Assembly (NCBI GenBank): GCA_963832165.1
Contig: CAWHTE010000001.1
Location: 320,001 to 384,000, forward strand
Direction: 5' to 3'
Length of the DNA: 64,000 bases
DNA from: an uncultured delta proteobacterium
Lineage (GTDB): Bacteria > Myxococcota_A > UBA9160 > SMWR01
Of the stretch, positions 51,288 through 60,969 are shown piece after piece; positions within the stretch are counted from its first letter, which is position 1, and each line of letters starts with the position of its first letter. The translations under genes were made by a program, and so were the position numbers. The notes under the pieces are model-generated. The model saw nothing but the letters and a program-made list of their open reading frames with translations. It searched no databases and was not told the DNA's origin.

Positions 51288-52019
51288 ATGATGCTGTGCA
51301 AGTCCTGCAACACGCGATTCGAGGACGGCAAGACGGCCTGTCCGAGCTGCGGGCGCCGCATCTTCGTGAGCCTGAAGGAGGCCCCGACCCCGAAGCCCGA
51401 GTCCGAGCCGATCTCGCTCGCGGCAGCGGTCTCCGCCGCGGCGGAAGCCGAGCTTCCCGCGAATCCGAACGAGCTGTCGGCGGGCGAGCTCGATCTCGGC
51501 GAGGTGGACGTGCTCGCGGAGGCAGCGCTGCCCGAGGCGGTCGAGGAGCTCAAGCGCGAGGTGCCGGCGAAGCCGCGCGCGCGCGTGCGCCGGCTCGAGC
51601 ACGAGCCCGGTCCGGCGGTGTTCCATCTCTCCGCGGCACAGGTGCGCACGCTCGTGAAGGAGCAGCCCGCTCTGCTCGAGCCCGAGCTCTCGATCTACCG
51701 CGATCCGAAGTCGGGCGTGATCGGCGTCGATCTGCGCACGCCGGTCGGCATGATCGACCTGCTCGCGCGCGACCGCGAGGGCGCGTTCGTGGTGGTGTCG
51801 GTGCCCGACCCGCGCGATGTCGACAGCCTGATGCCCGAGATGCTCGCGCGGATCGGCTACGTGCGGAAGCACTACGCGATCGACAAGCGGCCCGTGCGCG
51901 GGATCGTCGTGATCGAGGCGATTCCCGAAGAGCTCGCATACGCGGCGGCCGGCGTCGCGCAGACGATCGCGTTCTGCGCCTACCGCGTCGCGCTGACTTT
52001 CCACGCGCTGGTGCTCTGA
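51288..52019 (+). CDS. Zinc-ribbon + acidic linker + degenerate NucS/EndoMS-like C-terminal domain protein
   Basis: CKSC...CPSC; TPVGMIDLLARDREGAFVVV...IGYVRKH...VRGIVV...LAYAA...Y.V...F. Confidence 0.7.
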   Translation: MMLCKSCNTRFEDGKTACPSCGRRIFVSLKEAPTPKPESEPISLAAAVSAAAEAELPANPNELSAGELDLGEVDVLAEAALPEAVEELKREVPAKPRARVRRLEHEPGPAVFHLSAAQVRTLVKEQPALLEPELSIYRDPKSGVIGVDLRTPVGMIDLLARDREGAFVVVSVPDPRDVDSLMPEMLARIGYVRKHYAIDKRPVRGIVVIEAIPEELAYAAAGVAQTIAFCAYRVALTFHALVL

Positions 52020-52041
52020 CTTCGCAGGCGGATGATCCGCC

Positions 52042-53931
52042 CTACCGCGCGGCGGTCTGGCGCGTGCGATAGCGGTCGAGGTTGCGCCGGATGTCGGCGA
52101 GCTGCGCCGGGTCGTGCTCGCGCTCGGCGAGCTCCGCGGCGCGCGACGCGGTGCGCACGGCATCGTCGAAGCGGCCTCCAGCCGCGTACGCGGCCGCGAG
52201 CGTGTCGAGGTGATGGGGGTTCTCCTCGACCTTCGCGAGCTGCTCGGCGGCAGCGGTGGCCACCTCGGCGTTGCGCACCGAGGGATCGGCGGACGTCGCG
52301 AGCAGCCAGGCGAGATCGTTCGCGATTGCGGAAGAGCCCGGCCGCATCTGGAGCGCGGCGTGATAGTGCTCGGCTGCGTTCGCATCGTCGCCGCGCTCGA
52401 GCGCCAGTCTTGCGAGGTGCACATGAACGCGGTCCAGCCGAGGCGTCTTCTTTTCGACCGCCGACTCGAATGCGATGCGCGCCTCGTCGGACCGCCCGCG
52501 CGCCAGGAGCACTTCTCCGAGCAGCGCATAGGTCTTGCCATCCGCGCGCAGCGCGAGCAGGCGCTCGACATGGGCGGCCGCGCGCGCGAACTCTCCGCGC
52601 GCGTTCAGGCGTTCCACGAGCTGGTCGAGCAGCTGCGGCTCGTCGGCGCCGAGCCAGCGCGTGAGCGCGAGGCCGCTCTCGGCGCGGTCGAGGTCGCCCC
52701 GCGCGATCGCCGAGGGTACGTACAGGTGGGAGGTCGCGAAGCCGAGCGCCCCGACGGCGAGGCCGAGGCCCGCGGTGCCCCAGATCGCGGGGCGCAGCCA
52801 GCGCGAGCGCGGCGCCGTCTCGCCCTCCGCCTCGGGCGCGCTGCGGATCAGCACGCTCGCGATGCGCGTGTTGCGCAGCTTCCAGATCGCGCCGTCGAGC
52901 ACGAAATGGTGCAGGTTCACGAAGGTCGCGATCACCGCGAACATGCCTCCGGCGCGCCCAGGCCCGCTCACGAACCCGCTCGGGTCGATCAGCACCGCGG
53001 GCAGCACCCAGATCGCGATCCCCGACGCCGCGGCCTTCGCCCAGTAGGTGGCATAGCCATTCCAGTGTCCCGACGCGCGCGCGTAGTAGGTGGTGATCCA
53101 GAGATACTGGAGCCCGTGCCCGACGAAGATCATCATCGCGTATTCCGCGATCTGGTCCTGCGCGTCGAGCGGCTCGAGCCCGGTGTGCCAGTGCCAGTAG
53201 TGCACGGAGAAGGGCAGCGAGAACCAGAGCGCCTGGGTCAAGAGCAGCGCGAACGAGGGTCCGAGGTCGCGCCAGCGCGCGGCGCGGCGCAAGAGAACCG
53301 CGCTCGCGCCGATGCTCACGAGGCACCCGGCGCCGAGGATCGGCAGCACCACGTCTCCGACCCGGCGCGAGATGCCGAGCGGCAGGAACGTGACCGCCTC
53401 GCTCGAGTACGAGAGCGGGCTGTACGCGATGCCCACCTCGAGGTGCATGACCAACGCCGTGAGCAGGAACGAGAGGATGAACGCCGCGTAGAGCCAGCGC
53501 TTCGCGAGCGGTGTCACCTCGACGCCCCGGCGGCGCAGGAACATCACCGCGATGCCGTAGTTCTGGCCCGTGTAATGCCACGGACTCCAGGTGAGGTAGA
53601 GCGTGAACAGCACCGACGCGAGCAGTGGGCTCCGCAGTGCGACGAAGAACAGCGCGACCAGAGCGGCCGTGGCCCAGAGCGCGAACACCGCGTACGCCTG
53701 GCGGTCGCGCCGCTGGTCGTAGACGCGCACGAGGGTGCCGCCGTAGTGGGGCGAGCTCAGCAGGAAGATCAACATCGGCAGCACGAACGCGGGCGTTGCG
53801 CCGCGAATCGCCGTGCCTGCGAAGGAATACGCCAAGAACGCAAGCGCGTAGAGCACGCCGCAGCCGAACAGGAGATCCGGGAGCGGGCCGAACAGCCAAC
53901 GGTCGGGTCGCGTCGGGCCGGCGGTGCTCAT
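52042..53931 (-). CDS. Multi-pass membrane protein with His motifs and C-terminal TPRs
   Basis: About 10 TM segments with PHYGGT, WHYTGQNYG, HGLQY and HHFVLDGAIW; TPR with NDLAWLLAT...LDTLAAAYA. Confidence 0.8.
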   Translation of the reverse strand: MSTAGPTRPDRWLFGPLPDLLFGCGVLYALAFLAYSFAGTAIRGATPAFVLPMLIFLLSSPHYGGTLVRVYDQRRDRQAYAVFALWATAALVALFFVALRSPLLASVLFTLYLTWSPWHYTGQNYGIAVMFLRRRGVEVTPLAKRWLYAAFILSFLLTALVMHLEVGIAYSPLSYSSEAVTFLPLGISRRVGDVVLPILGAGCLVSIGASAVLLRRAARWRDLGPSFALLLTQALWFSLPFSVHYWHWHTGLEPLDAQDQIAEYAMMIFVGHGLQYLWITTYYARASGHWNGYATYWAKAAASGIAIWVLPAVLIDPSGFVSGPGRAGGMFAVIATFVNLHHFVLDGAIWKLRNTRIASVLIRSAPEAEGETAPRSRWLRPAIWGTAGLGLAVGALGFATSHLYVPSAIARGDLDRAESGLALTRWLGADEPQLLDQLVERLNARGEFARAAAHVERLLALRADGKTYALLGEVLLARGRSDEARIAFESAVEKKTPRLDRVHVHLARLALERGDDANAAEHYHAALQMRPGSSAIANDLAWLLATSADPSVRNAEVATAAAEQLAKVEENPHHLDTLAAAYAAGGRFDDAVRTASRAAELAEREHDPAQLADIRRNLDRYRTRQTAAR

Positions 53932-53980
53932 GAGTGCGCGAGTATACCCCCGCAGGCACCGAGGAATGGCGCAGTCGGGG

Positions 53981-54790
53981 TCAGCGGCCCTTCCAGACCG
54001 GCGTGCGCTTCTCGGCGAATGCGCGCGTCGCTTCGGCCGCGTCTTCGGTGCGCCGCAGCGGGCGGCCGAGCTCCTCCTGTCGCGCGTAGGCCTCCGCGAG
54101 CGAGCGGTGCAGGAGCTCGCGCACGCCCTCGCGGGTCGCGCGCACCGCGAGCGGCGCGTTGGCCGCGATCGCGTCGGCCGTGGCGAACGCGGTGTCGAGC
54201 AATGCGTCCGCGGGGACGACCCGGTTGATCAGGCCGATCTCGGCGGCGCGCTGTGCATCGATCGGACGCGCGGAGAGCAAGAGCTCGTTGGCATGAACCC
54301 AGCCGATCTGGCGCGCGAGCATCACCGTCGCGTGTCCGGTCGGATAGAGCCCGCGCGCGACCTCCTCGAGCGCAAAGGTCGCGTGGGGCGCGGCGTAGCG
54401 GATCTCGGCCGCGAGCAGGATGTCGCAGCCGAGCGCTCGCGCATGGCCGTTCACGGCGCACACGAGCGGTGTCTTCAGGTCGAAGCTGGCCAGTCCTGCG
54501 GTGCCGATCGCGCGCAGCCCTTCGAAGTCGGACGGATCGATCTGCTCGCCGCGCGCGAGCCGCTGCGAGGCGACGATCGTCGTGCGCATGTCCATGCCAC
54601 TGCAGAACACGCGATCGCCCGCGCCGGTCAGCACCGCGCAGCGGATCTCGTCGTCACCCGCGATCCGCTCCCAGGCCGCGGCGAGCTCGCGCAGAGTCGG
54701 CGGATCGAGCGCATTCGCGCGCTCGGGGCGGTCGATCGTCACGAGCGCCACGTGGGGGTGTTCGGGGAGCAGCTCGAATCGCGCGGACAC
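53981..54790 (-). CDS. Enoyl-CoA hydratase family protein
   Basis: DRPERANAL, FCSGMD, AVNGHA, EVARGL, IAANAPLAV and AFAEKRTPVWKGR. Confidence 0.9.
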   Translation of the reverse strand: MSARFELLPEHPHVALVTIDRPERANALDPPTLRELAAAWERIAGDDEIRCAVLTGAGDRVFCSGMDMRTTIVASQRLARGEQIDPSDFEGLRAIGTAGLASFDLKTPLVCAVNGHARALGCDILLAAEIRYAAPHATFALEEVARGLYPTGHATVMLARQIGWVHANELLLSARPIDAQRAAEIGLINRVVPADALLDTAFATADAIAANAPLAVRATREGVRELLHRSLAEAYARQEELGRPLRRTEDAAEATRAFAEKRTPVWKGR

Positions 54791-54835
54791 GAGGCGAGCA
54801 TTCTGCCATATTGAGCCCCCCGACCGGAGGCGCCG

Positions 54836-55996
54836 ATGGATTTCGCATGGGAGCCCGAACATCGCGCGTTCCTCGCCGATCTGCGCGCGTTCATCCGCGA
54901 GTGGCGCACGCCCGAGCTGCTCGCCGAATACCTCGCGACCTACGGCGCAGGAGGCCCTGAGCTTTCGCGCTTCCGCACGGCGCTCGAGGCGAAGGGCTGG
55001 GCACGCATGTGCTGGCCCGTGGAGCAGGGCGGGCAGGGTCGCAACCTGCTCTATCAGTTCCTGTTCGTCGAAGAGATGGAGTATTGGGGGATGCCGTACG
55101 GCAATCTCACCTACACCTCGGTCGGGCCGTCGATCCAGCACTTCGGCAGCGATGAGCAGAAGCGCCGCTGGCTGCCGGGCATCTGGAGCGGCGAGTACAC
55201 GTTCGCGATCGGCTACAGCGAGCCGAACGCCGGCACCGATCTCGCTTCGCTGCGCACGCGCGCGGTGCGGGTCGGCGACGAGTGGGTGATCAACGGCCAG
55301 AAGATCTGGACGTCGCTCGCCGACGTCGCGACTCACATCTGGCTCGCCGTGCGCACCGACCCCGATCTGCCCAAGCACCAGGGCATCTCCGTGCTCGTGG
55401 TGCCCACCGACGTGCAGGGGCTCACGATCCGTCCGCTGCACGCGATGTACGGCGGCCACACCTGCGAGACGTTCTACGACGACGTGCGCGTGCCGCACGA
55501 GAATCTGGTCGGCGGTCTGAACCGCGGCTGGGGCATCGTGATGCACGCGCTCAATCACGAGCGCGTCGGACTCGCGGCCACGGGTGGGCTCGCACGCCTG
55601 TTCGATCAGCTCGTCGCCCATCTCGCGGAGGCGCAGCCCGAGAAGCTGCGCGACCCCGTGGTGCGCCGTCGGCTCGCCGAGCTCGCACTCGATCTGCACG
55701 AGCACCGCGCGCTCGCGCTGCGCAACGCGTGGATCATCTCGAAGGGCGGCACACCGATCGCCGAGGCGTCGATGGCGAAGGTCTCCGGCACGGAGCTGCG
55801 CACGCGGATCGCCAACACCGCGATGGACCTGCTCGGCCGCTACGGCGCGCTCTCGAAGGAGAGTGGCGACCTCGCGCCTGCCCAGGGGCGCATGGAGTGG
55901 GCGTTCCGCATCTCGCCGATCTTCCGCTTCGGCGGCGGCACGAACGAAGTGATGCGCGACATCATCGCGGGTGCCGGCCTGGGGTTGCCGCGATGA
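54836..55996 (+). CDS. Acyl-CoA dehydrogenase, catalytic subunit (FadE26/FadE29-like)
   Basis: GYSEPNAGTDLASL, INGQKIWTS, ALNHER and FGGGTNEVMRDII. Confidence 0.93.
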   Translation: MDFAWEPEHRAFLADLRAFIREWRTPELLAEYLATYGAGGPELSRFRTALEAKGWARMCWPVEQGGQGRNLLYQFLFVEEMEYWGMPYGNLTYTSVGPSIQHFGSDEQKRRWLPGIWSGEYTFAIGYSEPNAGTDLASLRTRAVRVGDEWVINGQKIWTSLADVATHIWLAVRTDPDLPKHQGISVLVVPTDVQGLTIRPLHAMYGGHTCETFYDDVRVPHENLVGGLNRGWGIVMHALNHERVGLAATGGLARLFDQLVAHLAEAQPEKLRDPVVRRRLAELALDLHEHRALALRNAWIISKGGTPIAEASMAKVSGTELRTRIANTAMDLLGRYGALSKESGDLAPAQGRMEWAFRISPIFRFGGGTNEVMRDIIAGAGLGLPR

Positions 55997-57081
55997 ACCT
56001 CGATTTCGATCCGACGCAGGAGCTGCTGCGCGACACGGTGCGCGAATTCCTGCGCTCAGAAGTTCCGCTCGACCGGATTCGCGAGCTCGAGCGCGAGCAG
56101 CGCTGGGACGAGACGCTCTGGAAGGCGCTCTGTGCCCAGGGCTGGCTCGCCCTGCCGTTCGCCGAGGTGCGCGGCGGGGGAGGCGGCTCGCTCGTCGACG
56201 CGGGCGTGCTCGTGGAGGAGCTCGCGCGTCGCGCCGCGATCGTTCCGCTCGTGGAAGCGCTCGCGTGCGGCATCGCGCTCGAGCGTCTTGCGCCCGGACC
56301 GGAGGCTGACGCGCTCGTCGCGGGGCTGCTCTCGGGCTCGGTCGTTCCCGTGCCGGCTCTGCTCGAGGCCAGTGACGACTTCGCGCACGTCGCACTCGAG
56401 CTCGCGGGGGGTCGCGTGCGCGGCGAGAAGCACTTCGTCGACTATGGTCAGTTCGCGACCCATCACCTGGTGGCTGTGCGCGACGGCGGCGAGCTCGCGC
56501 TGTGTCTCGTCGACGCGCGCGCGCCCGAGGTCTCGGCGAGCGCACTGCGGACGATCGGCCGCACGCCGAGTGCGGCGGTGCGCTACGAAGGCGCGCGTGC
56601 AGAACGCGTCGCGGGACCCGCGGCCGCCGCCGCGCTCGTTCAGATCGGTCGCGCGTTCGCGGCGCTGCAGTGCGTCGGATCGGCGGCGCAAGCACTCGAT
56701 CTCACGGTCGCGTACGCGTCTGTGCGCGAAGCGTTCGGGCGCCCGATCGGAAGCTTCCAGGCAGTCAAGCATCACGCTGCGAACATGGCGACCAAGGTCG
56801 CGGCGAGCCGGCACCTCGTGTTCGAGGCGCTCGGTGCGCTCGATCGCGGCGATGCCTCCACGACGCGGGTGGCGTTCGCGAAGGCCTCGGCATCGCGCAT
56901 GGTGCCCGAGGTGACGATGCTCGCCCATCAGATCCACGGCGGGAACGGGATCATCGAGGAGAACGACCTCTACTTCTTCACGCTGCGCGGCAAGGAGCGC
57001 TCGCTCGCGTGGGGCAGCGTCGACGAGTGCCTGGCCGAGATCGCCGCCGCCGTGCACGAGCCGGTCGATTGGCTCGGCTAG
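55993..57081 (+). CDS. Acyl-CoA dehydrogenase, partner subunit (FadE27/FadE28-like)
   Basis: Shorter ACAD lacking the SEP motif; REAFGRPIGSFQAVKH and HQIHGG; ATGA overlap. Confidence 0.9.
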   Translation: MNLDFDPTQELLRDTVREFLRSEVPLDRIRELEREQRWDETLWKALCAQGWLALPFAEVRGGGGGSLVDAGVLVEELARRAAIVPLVEALACGIALERLAPGPEADALVAGLLSGSVVPVPALLEASDDFAHVALELAGGRVRGEKHFVDYGQFATHHLVAVRDGGELALCLVDARAPEVSASALRTIGRTPSAAVRYEGARAERVAGPAAAAALVQIGRAFAALQCVGSAAQALDLTVAYASVREAFGRPIGSFQAVKHHAANMATKVAASRHLVFEALGALDRGDASTTRVAFAKASASRMVPEVTMLAHQIHGGNGIIEENDLYFFTLRGKERSLAWGSVDECLAEIAAAVHEPVDWLG

Positions 57082-58940
57082 CCGGCCGAGTCAACGCGTT
57101 CCTCTGGCTCGCGTGCGCGCTCGCCTGCGCGGGCGCGCCGCACATCGAGGTGGAGGAGACGAGCGGTCCGACGCCGTGGACGCGCCTCGACGCGGCCGAC
57201 GATCCGCGCGCGTTCACGTTCGCGGTCGTCTCCGACCGCACGAGCGCACACCGCGCGGGCGTCTTCGAGCGCGCGGTCGACGCACTCAATCTGCTGTCGC
57301 CCGCATTCGTCGTCAGCGTGGGCGACCTGATCGAAGGAGACACGCAGGACGTGGCCGAGCTCGACGCGATGTGGAGCGAATTCGAGGCGATCATCGCGCG
57401 GCTGCGGATGCCGTTCTTCCGCGTTGCGGGCAATCACGACTACTCGAATCCGGTGATGGCGCGCGACTGGGTGCGCCGCTTCGGTCCGTCCTACTACTCC
57501 TTCGTCTACGAGGACGTGCTGTTCCTCGCGCTCAACAGCGAGCTGTTCTCGAGCTATGCGAACCCCGGACACGCGGTCGAGGGCGGCGAACCCCAGGACG
57601 CGCAGATGCGTTTCATCGAGCGCGTGCTCGCGAAGCACCGAGACGCGCGCTGGACGGTGGTTCTGCTCCACCAGCCGTTCTGGGACACGCCCGGCGAGCA
57701 CGCCGATTGGGATCGCGTCGAGGCGTGGCTCGGCGACCGCCCCTACACCGTGCTCGCGGGTCATTTCCACCGCTACACACATCAGATCCGGCACGGCCGC
57801 GAGTACATCACGCTCGGCACCACGGGCGGCGGGAGCCAGCTGCGCGGGATCGACCGCGGCGAGTTCGACCACGTGATGCTCATGACGATCGCCGACGCGG
57901 GTCCCGTGATCGCAAATCTCCTGCTCGACGGCATCCACGGCGCCGACGTGTACACGGCACAGATGCGAAACCTGATGGGCGCGCTCGATCGCGCGGTCAC
58001 CACCGAGCCGCAGAGCGTCGTGAGCGAGCGCTTCTCGTCCGGGGAGCAGCGCTACTCGCTGCGCAACGATGCCGATCGACCGATCACGGTACGCGGCCAC
58101 TTCCCGGCCGGCGCGCATTTCAGCGTCTCGCCGAGCGAGGTCCTTCGCACTCTCGCGCCCGGAGCCTCCGATTCGGTGGTGGTGGAATTGCGCGCGGCGG
58201 CGCCGGTCGCCGTGGCGAGGCTCGTGCCGAGCCTCGCGCACTGGACGGTCGAGGCGCAGGGCGACGAGCATCTGATGCGCGCCGAGAGCACGGGCTGGGT
58301 GATTCCCGAGCGCCTGTTCTCGGTGCGCGCGGCCGCGCCCGTGGCCGTAGATGCCGACCTGCGCGAATGGGCGCCCCTGCGCTTCGCGCTGGACCGGTGG
58401 CCTCTACCCGAGGGCGGCACGGCCTCTGCGTCGCTCTCCTTCGACGTGCGCCGCGATCCGGACTTCCTCTACTTCGCGTTCGAGGTGCGCGATCCCACTC
58501 CGGGCTCCTCGAGCGAGCGCGTCGCGCAGGAGCAGGATGGGATCACCGTCGAGCTCGATGCGCGCCCCGATCCCGCGCGATCCGAGAACCAGGGCGTGCT
58601 GTCGGCGATCGCGGACGGCACGCTCCGCAACCTGCTCGTCGAGACGCTCACCGAAGTCGAGCCGTTGCCGGATCCGATGCTCGCCTCGCTGCTCGGGCCG
58701 CCGCCGGATGGCATGCGCCGCGCGCTGCGCCGGCGCGAGGGGGGGTACACCGCCGAGCTCGCGATTCCGCGCGCGTTTCTCGACGAGCGCGCGGGCGGCG
58801 ACTGGCAGCGCTTCCGGCTCAACGTCGTGTTGCAGGACTACGGACCCGACGGCACGGGACGCAGCTACGAGTGGCGACCGTCGCGCTTCGGCGTGCCGAG
58901 CGTCACGATCCGCGGCGCGGGGACGTTCGTGAAGATGTAG
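57069..58940 (+). CDS. Lipoprotein calcineurin-like metallophosphoesterase with C-terminal DOMON/CBM9-like domain
   Basis: TTG 57069 gives MARLAGRVNAFLWLACALAC (lipobox); VSDRT, VGDL, GNHD, HQP and GHFH; later VDADLREW...LYFAFEVRD...YTAELAIP. Confidence 0.82.
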   Translation: MARLAGRVNAFLWLACALACAGAPHIEVEETSGPTPWTRLDAADDPRAFTFAVVSDRTSAHRAGVFERAVDALNLLSPAFVVSVGDLIEGDTQDVAELDAMWSEFEAIIARLRMPFFRVAGNHDYSNPVMARDWVRRFGPSYYSFVYEDVLFLALNSELFSSYANPGHAVEGGEPQDAQMRFIERVLAKHRDARWTVVLLHQPFWDTPGEHADWDRVEAWLGDRPYTVLAGHFHRYTHQIRHGREYITLGTTGGGSQLRGIDRGEFDHVMLMTIADAGPVIANLLLDGIHGADVYTAQMRNLMGALDRAVTTEPQSVVSERFSSGEQRYSLRNDADRPITVRGHFPAGAHFSVSPSEVLRTLAPGASDSVVVELRAAAPVAVARLVPSLAHWTVEAQGDEHLMRAESTGWVIPERLFSVRAAAPVAVDADLREWAPLRFALDRWPLPEGGTASASLSFDVRRDPDFLYFAFEVRDPTPGSSSERVAQEQDGITVELDARPDPARSENQGVLSAIADGTLRNLLVETLTEVEPLPDPMLASLLGPPPDGMRRALRRREGGYTAELAIPRAFLDERAGGDWQRFRLNVVLQDYGPDGTGRSYEWRPSRFGVPSVTIRGAGTFVKM

Positions 58941-58951
58941 CTGCACGCGAG

Positions 58952-59881
58952 CTACGGATCGAGGATCAGCTCGCTGCCCGTCCAGTGCATCACGCGATCC
59001 TCCGCGCGCACGCGGCTCCATTCGAAGGCGTCGAGCAACTCGCGCGGTGTCACGGGCTCGGCCGACGCGCGCAGCCCCGCCGCGCGCGCGAGCACGCCGC
59101 ACAGCGCGGGGGCGCCGTAGACCTCGCGCAGCGCGGCGAAGCCGACCGCGCCGTGCAGCTTGGCGAGCTTGGCGCCGCGCTGCTCGAGCAGCAGTAGGTG
59201 GTGCCGGTAGCTCGGCGTCGCGATTCCGAGCAGCCGCTGCAGCGCGACCTGGGTGGCCGTCGTGGCGGCGAGATCGCGCCCGCGCACGACGCGCGTCACG
59301 CCTTCTGCGGCGTCGTCGACGACGCCCGCGAGGTGATAGGCGATCGCCTCGTCGCGGCGCCGCACGACCGGATCGCCCGGCTCGCGGCCCGGATCGCCGG
59401 AAAGGTCGATGCCGCTCCCGTCCTCGATTTCGATCCGGCCTTCGGGAAGGCGCACACGCAGCGGCTCGCGCGTCGCGCGCCAGCCCGCGAGCGGCAGCGG
59501 GCGGTTCCGGCACGTGCCGGGGTAGGCGAACCCGCCTTCTGGGAGCGGCCGTTGCGCGCTCGCGCGCAGATCGCTGCGCGAGCATGCGCAGGGGTAGAGG
59601 AGCCCGCGCTCCGCGAGCCGATCGAGCGCGGCCGCATGGTCCGCGGCGCGCGCACTCTGCACCGCGACCGCGTCCCAATCGAGCCCGAGCCACTCGAGCG
59701 CGTGGACCATGTCGCGGCTCCATTCGGGGCGGCACCGCTCGGGATCGAGGTCCTCCAGGCGCAGAACGAGCCTGGCGCCGCAGCGCCGCGCGTCGAGCCA
59801 GCACAGGAGCGCCGCGAGCAGCGTCCCGGGGTGGGCGGGCCCGGTGGTGGACGGGGCGAAGCGCGAGACCTGCACGCGCAC
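58952..59881 (-). CDS. gluQ: Glutamyl-Q tRNA(Asp) synthetase-like protein
   Basis: [36 protein letters not shown] and VRGRDL; no anticodon-binding domain. Confidence 0.85.
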   Translation of the reverse strand: MRVQVSRFAPSTTGPAHPGTLLAALLCWLDARRCGARLVLRLEDLDPERCRPEWSRDMVHALEWLGLDWDAVAVQSARAADHAAALDRLAERGLLYPCACSRSDLRASAQRPLPEGGFAYPGTCRNRPLPLAGWRATREPLRVRLPEGRIEIEDGSGIDLSGDPGREPGDPVVRRRDEAIAYHLAGVVDDAAEGVTRVVRGRDLAATTATQVALQRLLGIATPSYRHHLLLLEQRGAKLAKLHGAVGFAALREVYGAPALCGVLARAAGLRASAEPVTPRELLDAFEWSRVRAEDRVMHWTGSELILDP

Positions 59882-60078
59882 GGGGTAGCAAGCCCGGACC
59901 GCGGTGGCCTCGCCTAAGGGGTCCCTCTGGGGGCGTCCCCAGCCGCTGCGTTACCCTCCGCCACCAATTGAGCACTCATCGAGTGCGGGGCTTCAGCCGA
60001 AGCAGGAACCGGGAACAAACCAGGTAGCGGGTTGGGCCGACCCTCACGGCGCAATCAGCGGGGTCACGGAACGGATCC

Positions 60079-60969
60079 ATGGGTGAGATTGCCGACGCGC
60101 TGCGCCGCGCGCGAAAACAGGGCCCGGTCGCGCCTCCGGCGCCTGCCGAGCCCGGGCTGCGCGGCCTCCCCTCTGTTCCTTCGCTGGCCAAGCCGGCTCC
60201 GTCCCCACAAGCTGCTCCGGCAACGGATGCCAGGCCCGGGTTGTCCGTCAGCTCGGTCGAGCCTCAGAACGGGGCCGTCATCCTCGCGGACGGCCCCAAC
60301 GCAGAAGCGTGTCGGCACCTCGCCTTGCGCCTGCGCGGTGTCATGGACGAGCGGCGCGCGCGCAGCGTCGCGATCGTTTCGGCCGAGCGCGGAGACGGCA
60401 AGACCACGGTCGCCTGCGACGTCGCGATCGCACTCGCCACGCTGTCGCGCGAGCGCGAGGTTGCGCTCGTCGACCTCGATCTGCGCAAGCCTTCGATCGT
60501 GAAATACCTCTCGGTGCCCCACCAGGCCGGAGTCGAAGAGGTGCTGCTCGGTCGCAGCTCACTCGAGGCAGTGCGCGTCTCGGTGGAACTGCCCCCGATC
60601 GACGTCTTCCCGGTCGTGACGCCGCAGGACGCGGCCCACGAGCTGCTCACGCTGCCCGCGATGGCTGCGCTGATCGCCGATCTCGAGCGCCGCTATTCGA
60701 CCGTGATCATCGACACGCCGCCCGCACCGCTGGTCCCCGACGCGACGCTGATCCTGCGCCACGTCGCCGCCTGCGCGCCCGTGGTACGGGCCGGGAAGAC
60801 GCGCGCGCGATCGCTCAAGCGCCTGCTCGAGTGTCTGCCGCGCGAGAAGCTCGTCGGCTGGATCCTCAACTGTGAGCGCGCGCCGCGCTTCGGCTACCAG
60901 GACTACTACTACGAAAGCGACGAACCCAAGTCTTCCTCGCGCTGGTCGATGCGAGGGGAAGGCCGATGA
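60079..60969 (+). CDS. CpsD/CapB-type bacterial tyrosine kinase (EPS regulation)
   Basis: MGEIADALRRA, Walker A ERGDGKTT, LVDLDLRKP, IIDTPP and C-terminal Tyr cluster YQDYYY. Confidence 0.92.
   Translation: MGEIADALRRARKQGPVAPPAPAEPGLRGLPSVPSLAKPAPSPQAAPATDARPGLSVSSVEPQNGAVILADGPNAEACRHLALRLRGVMDERRARSVAIVSAERGDGKTTVACDVAIALATLSREREVALVDLDLRKPSIVKYLSVPHQAGVEEVLLGRSSLEAVRVSVELPPIDVFPVVTPQDAAHELLTLPAMAALIADLERRYSTVIIDTPPAPLVPDATLILRHVAACAPVVRAGKTRARSLKRLLECLPREKLVGWILNCERAPRFGYQDYYYESDEPKSSSRWSMRGEGR

Noticed and set aside
59964..60050. c-di-GMP-I (GEMM) riboswitch, suggested by AGGTAGCGGG
   Set aside because: Lacks the GCAAA-stem-GAAA tetraloop, GACGCAAAG junction and CTAA receptor.
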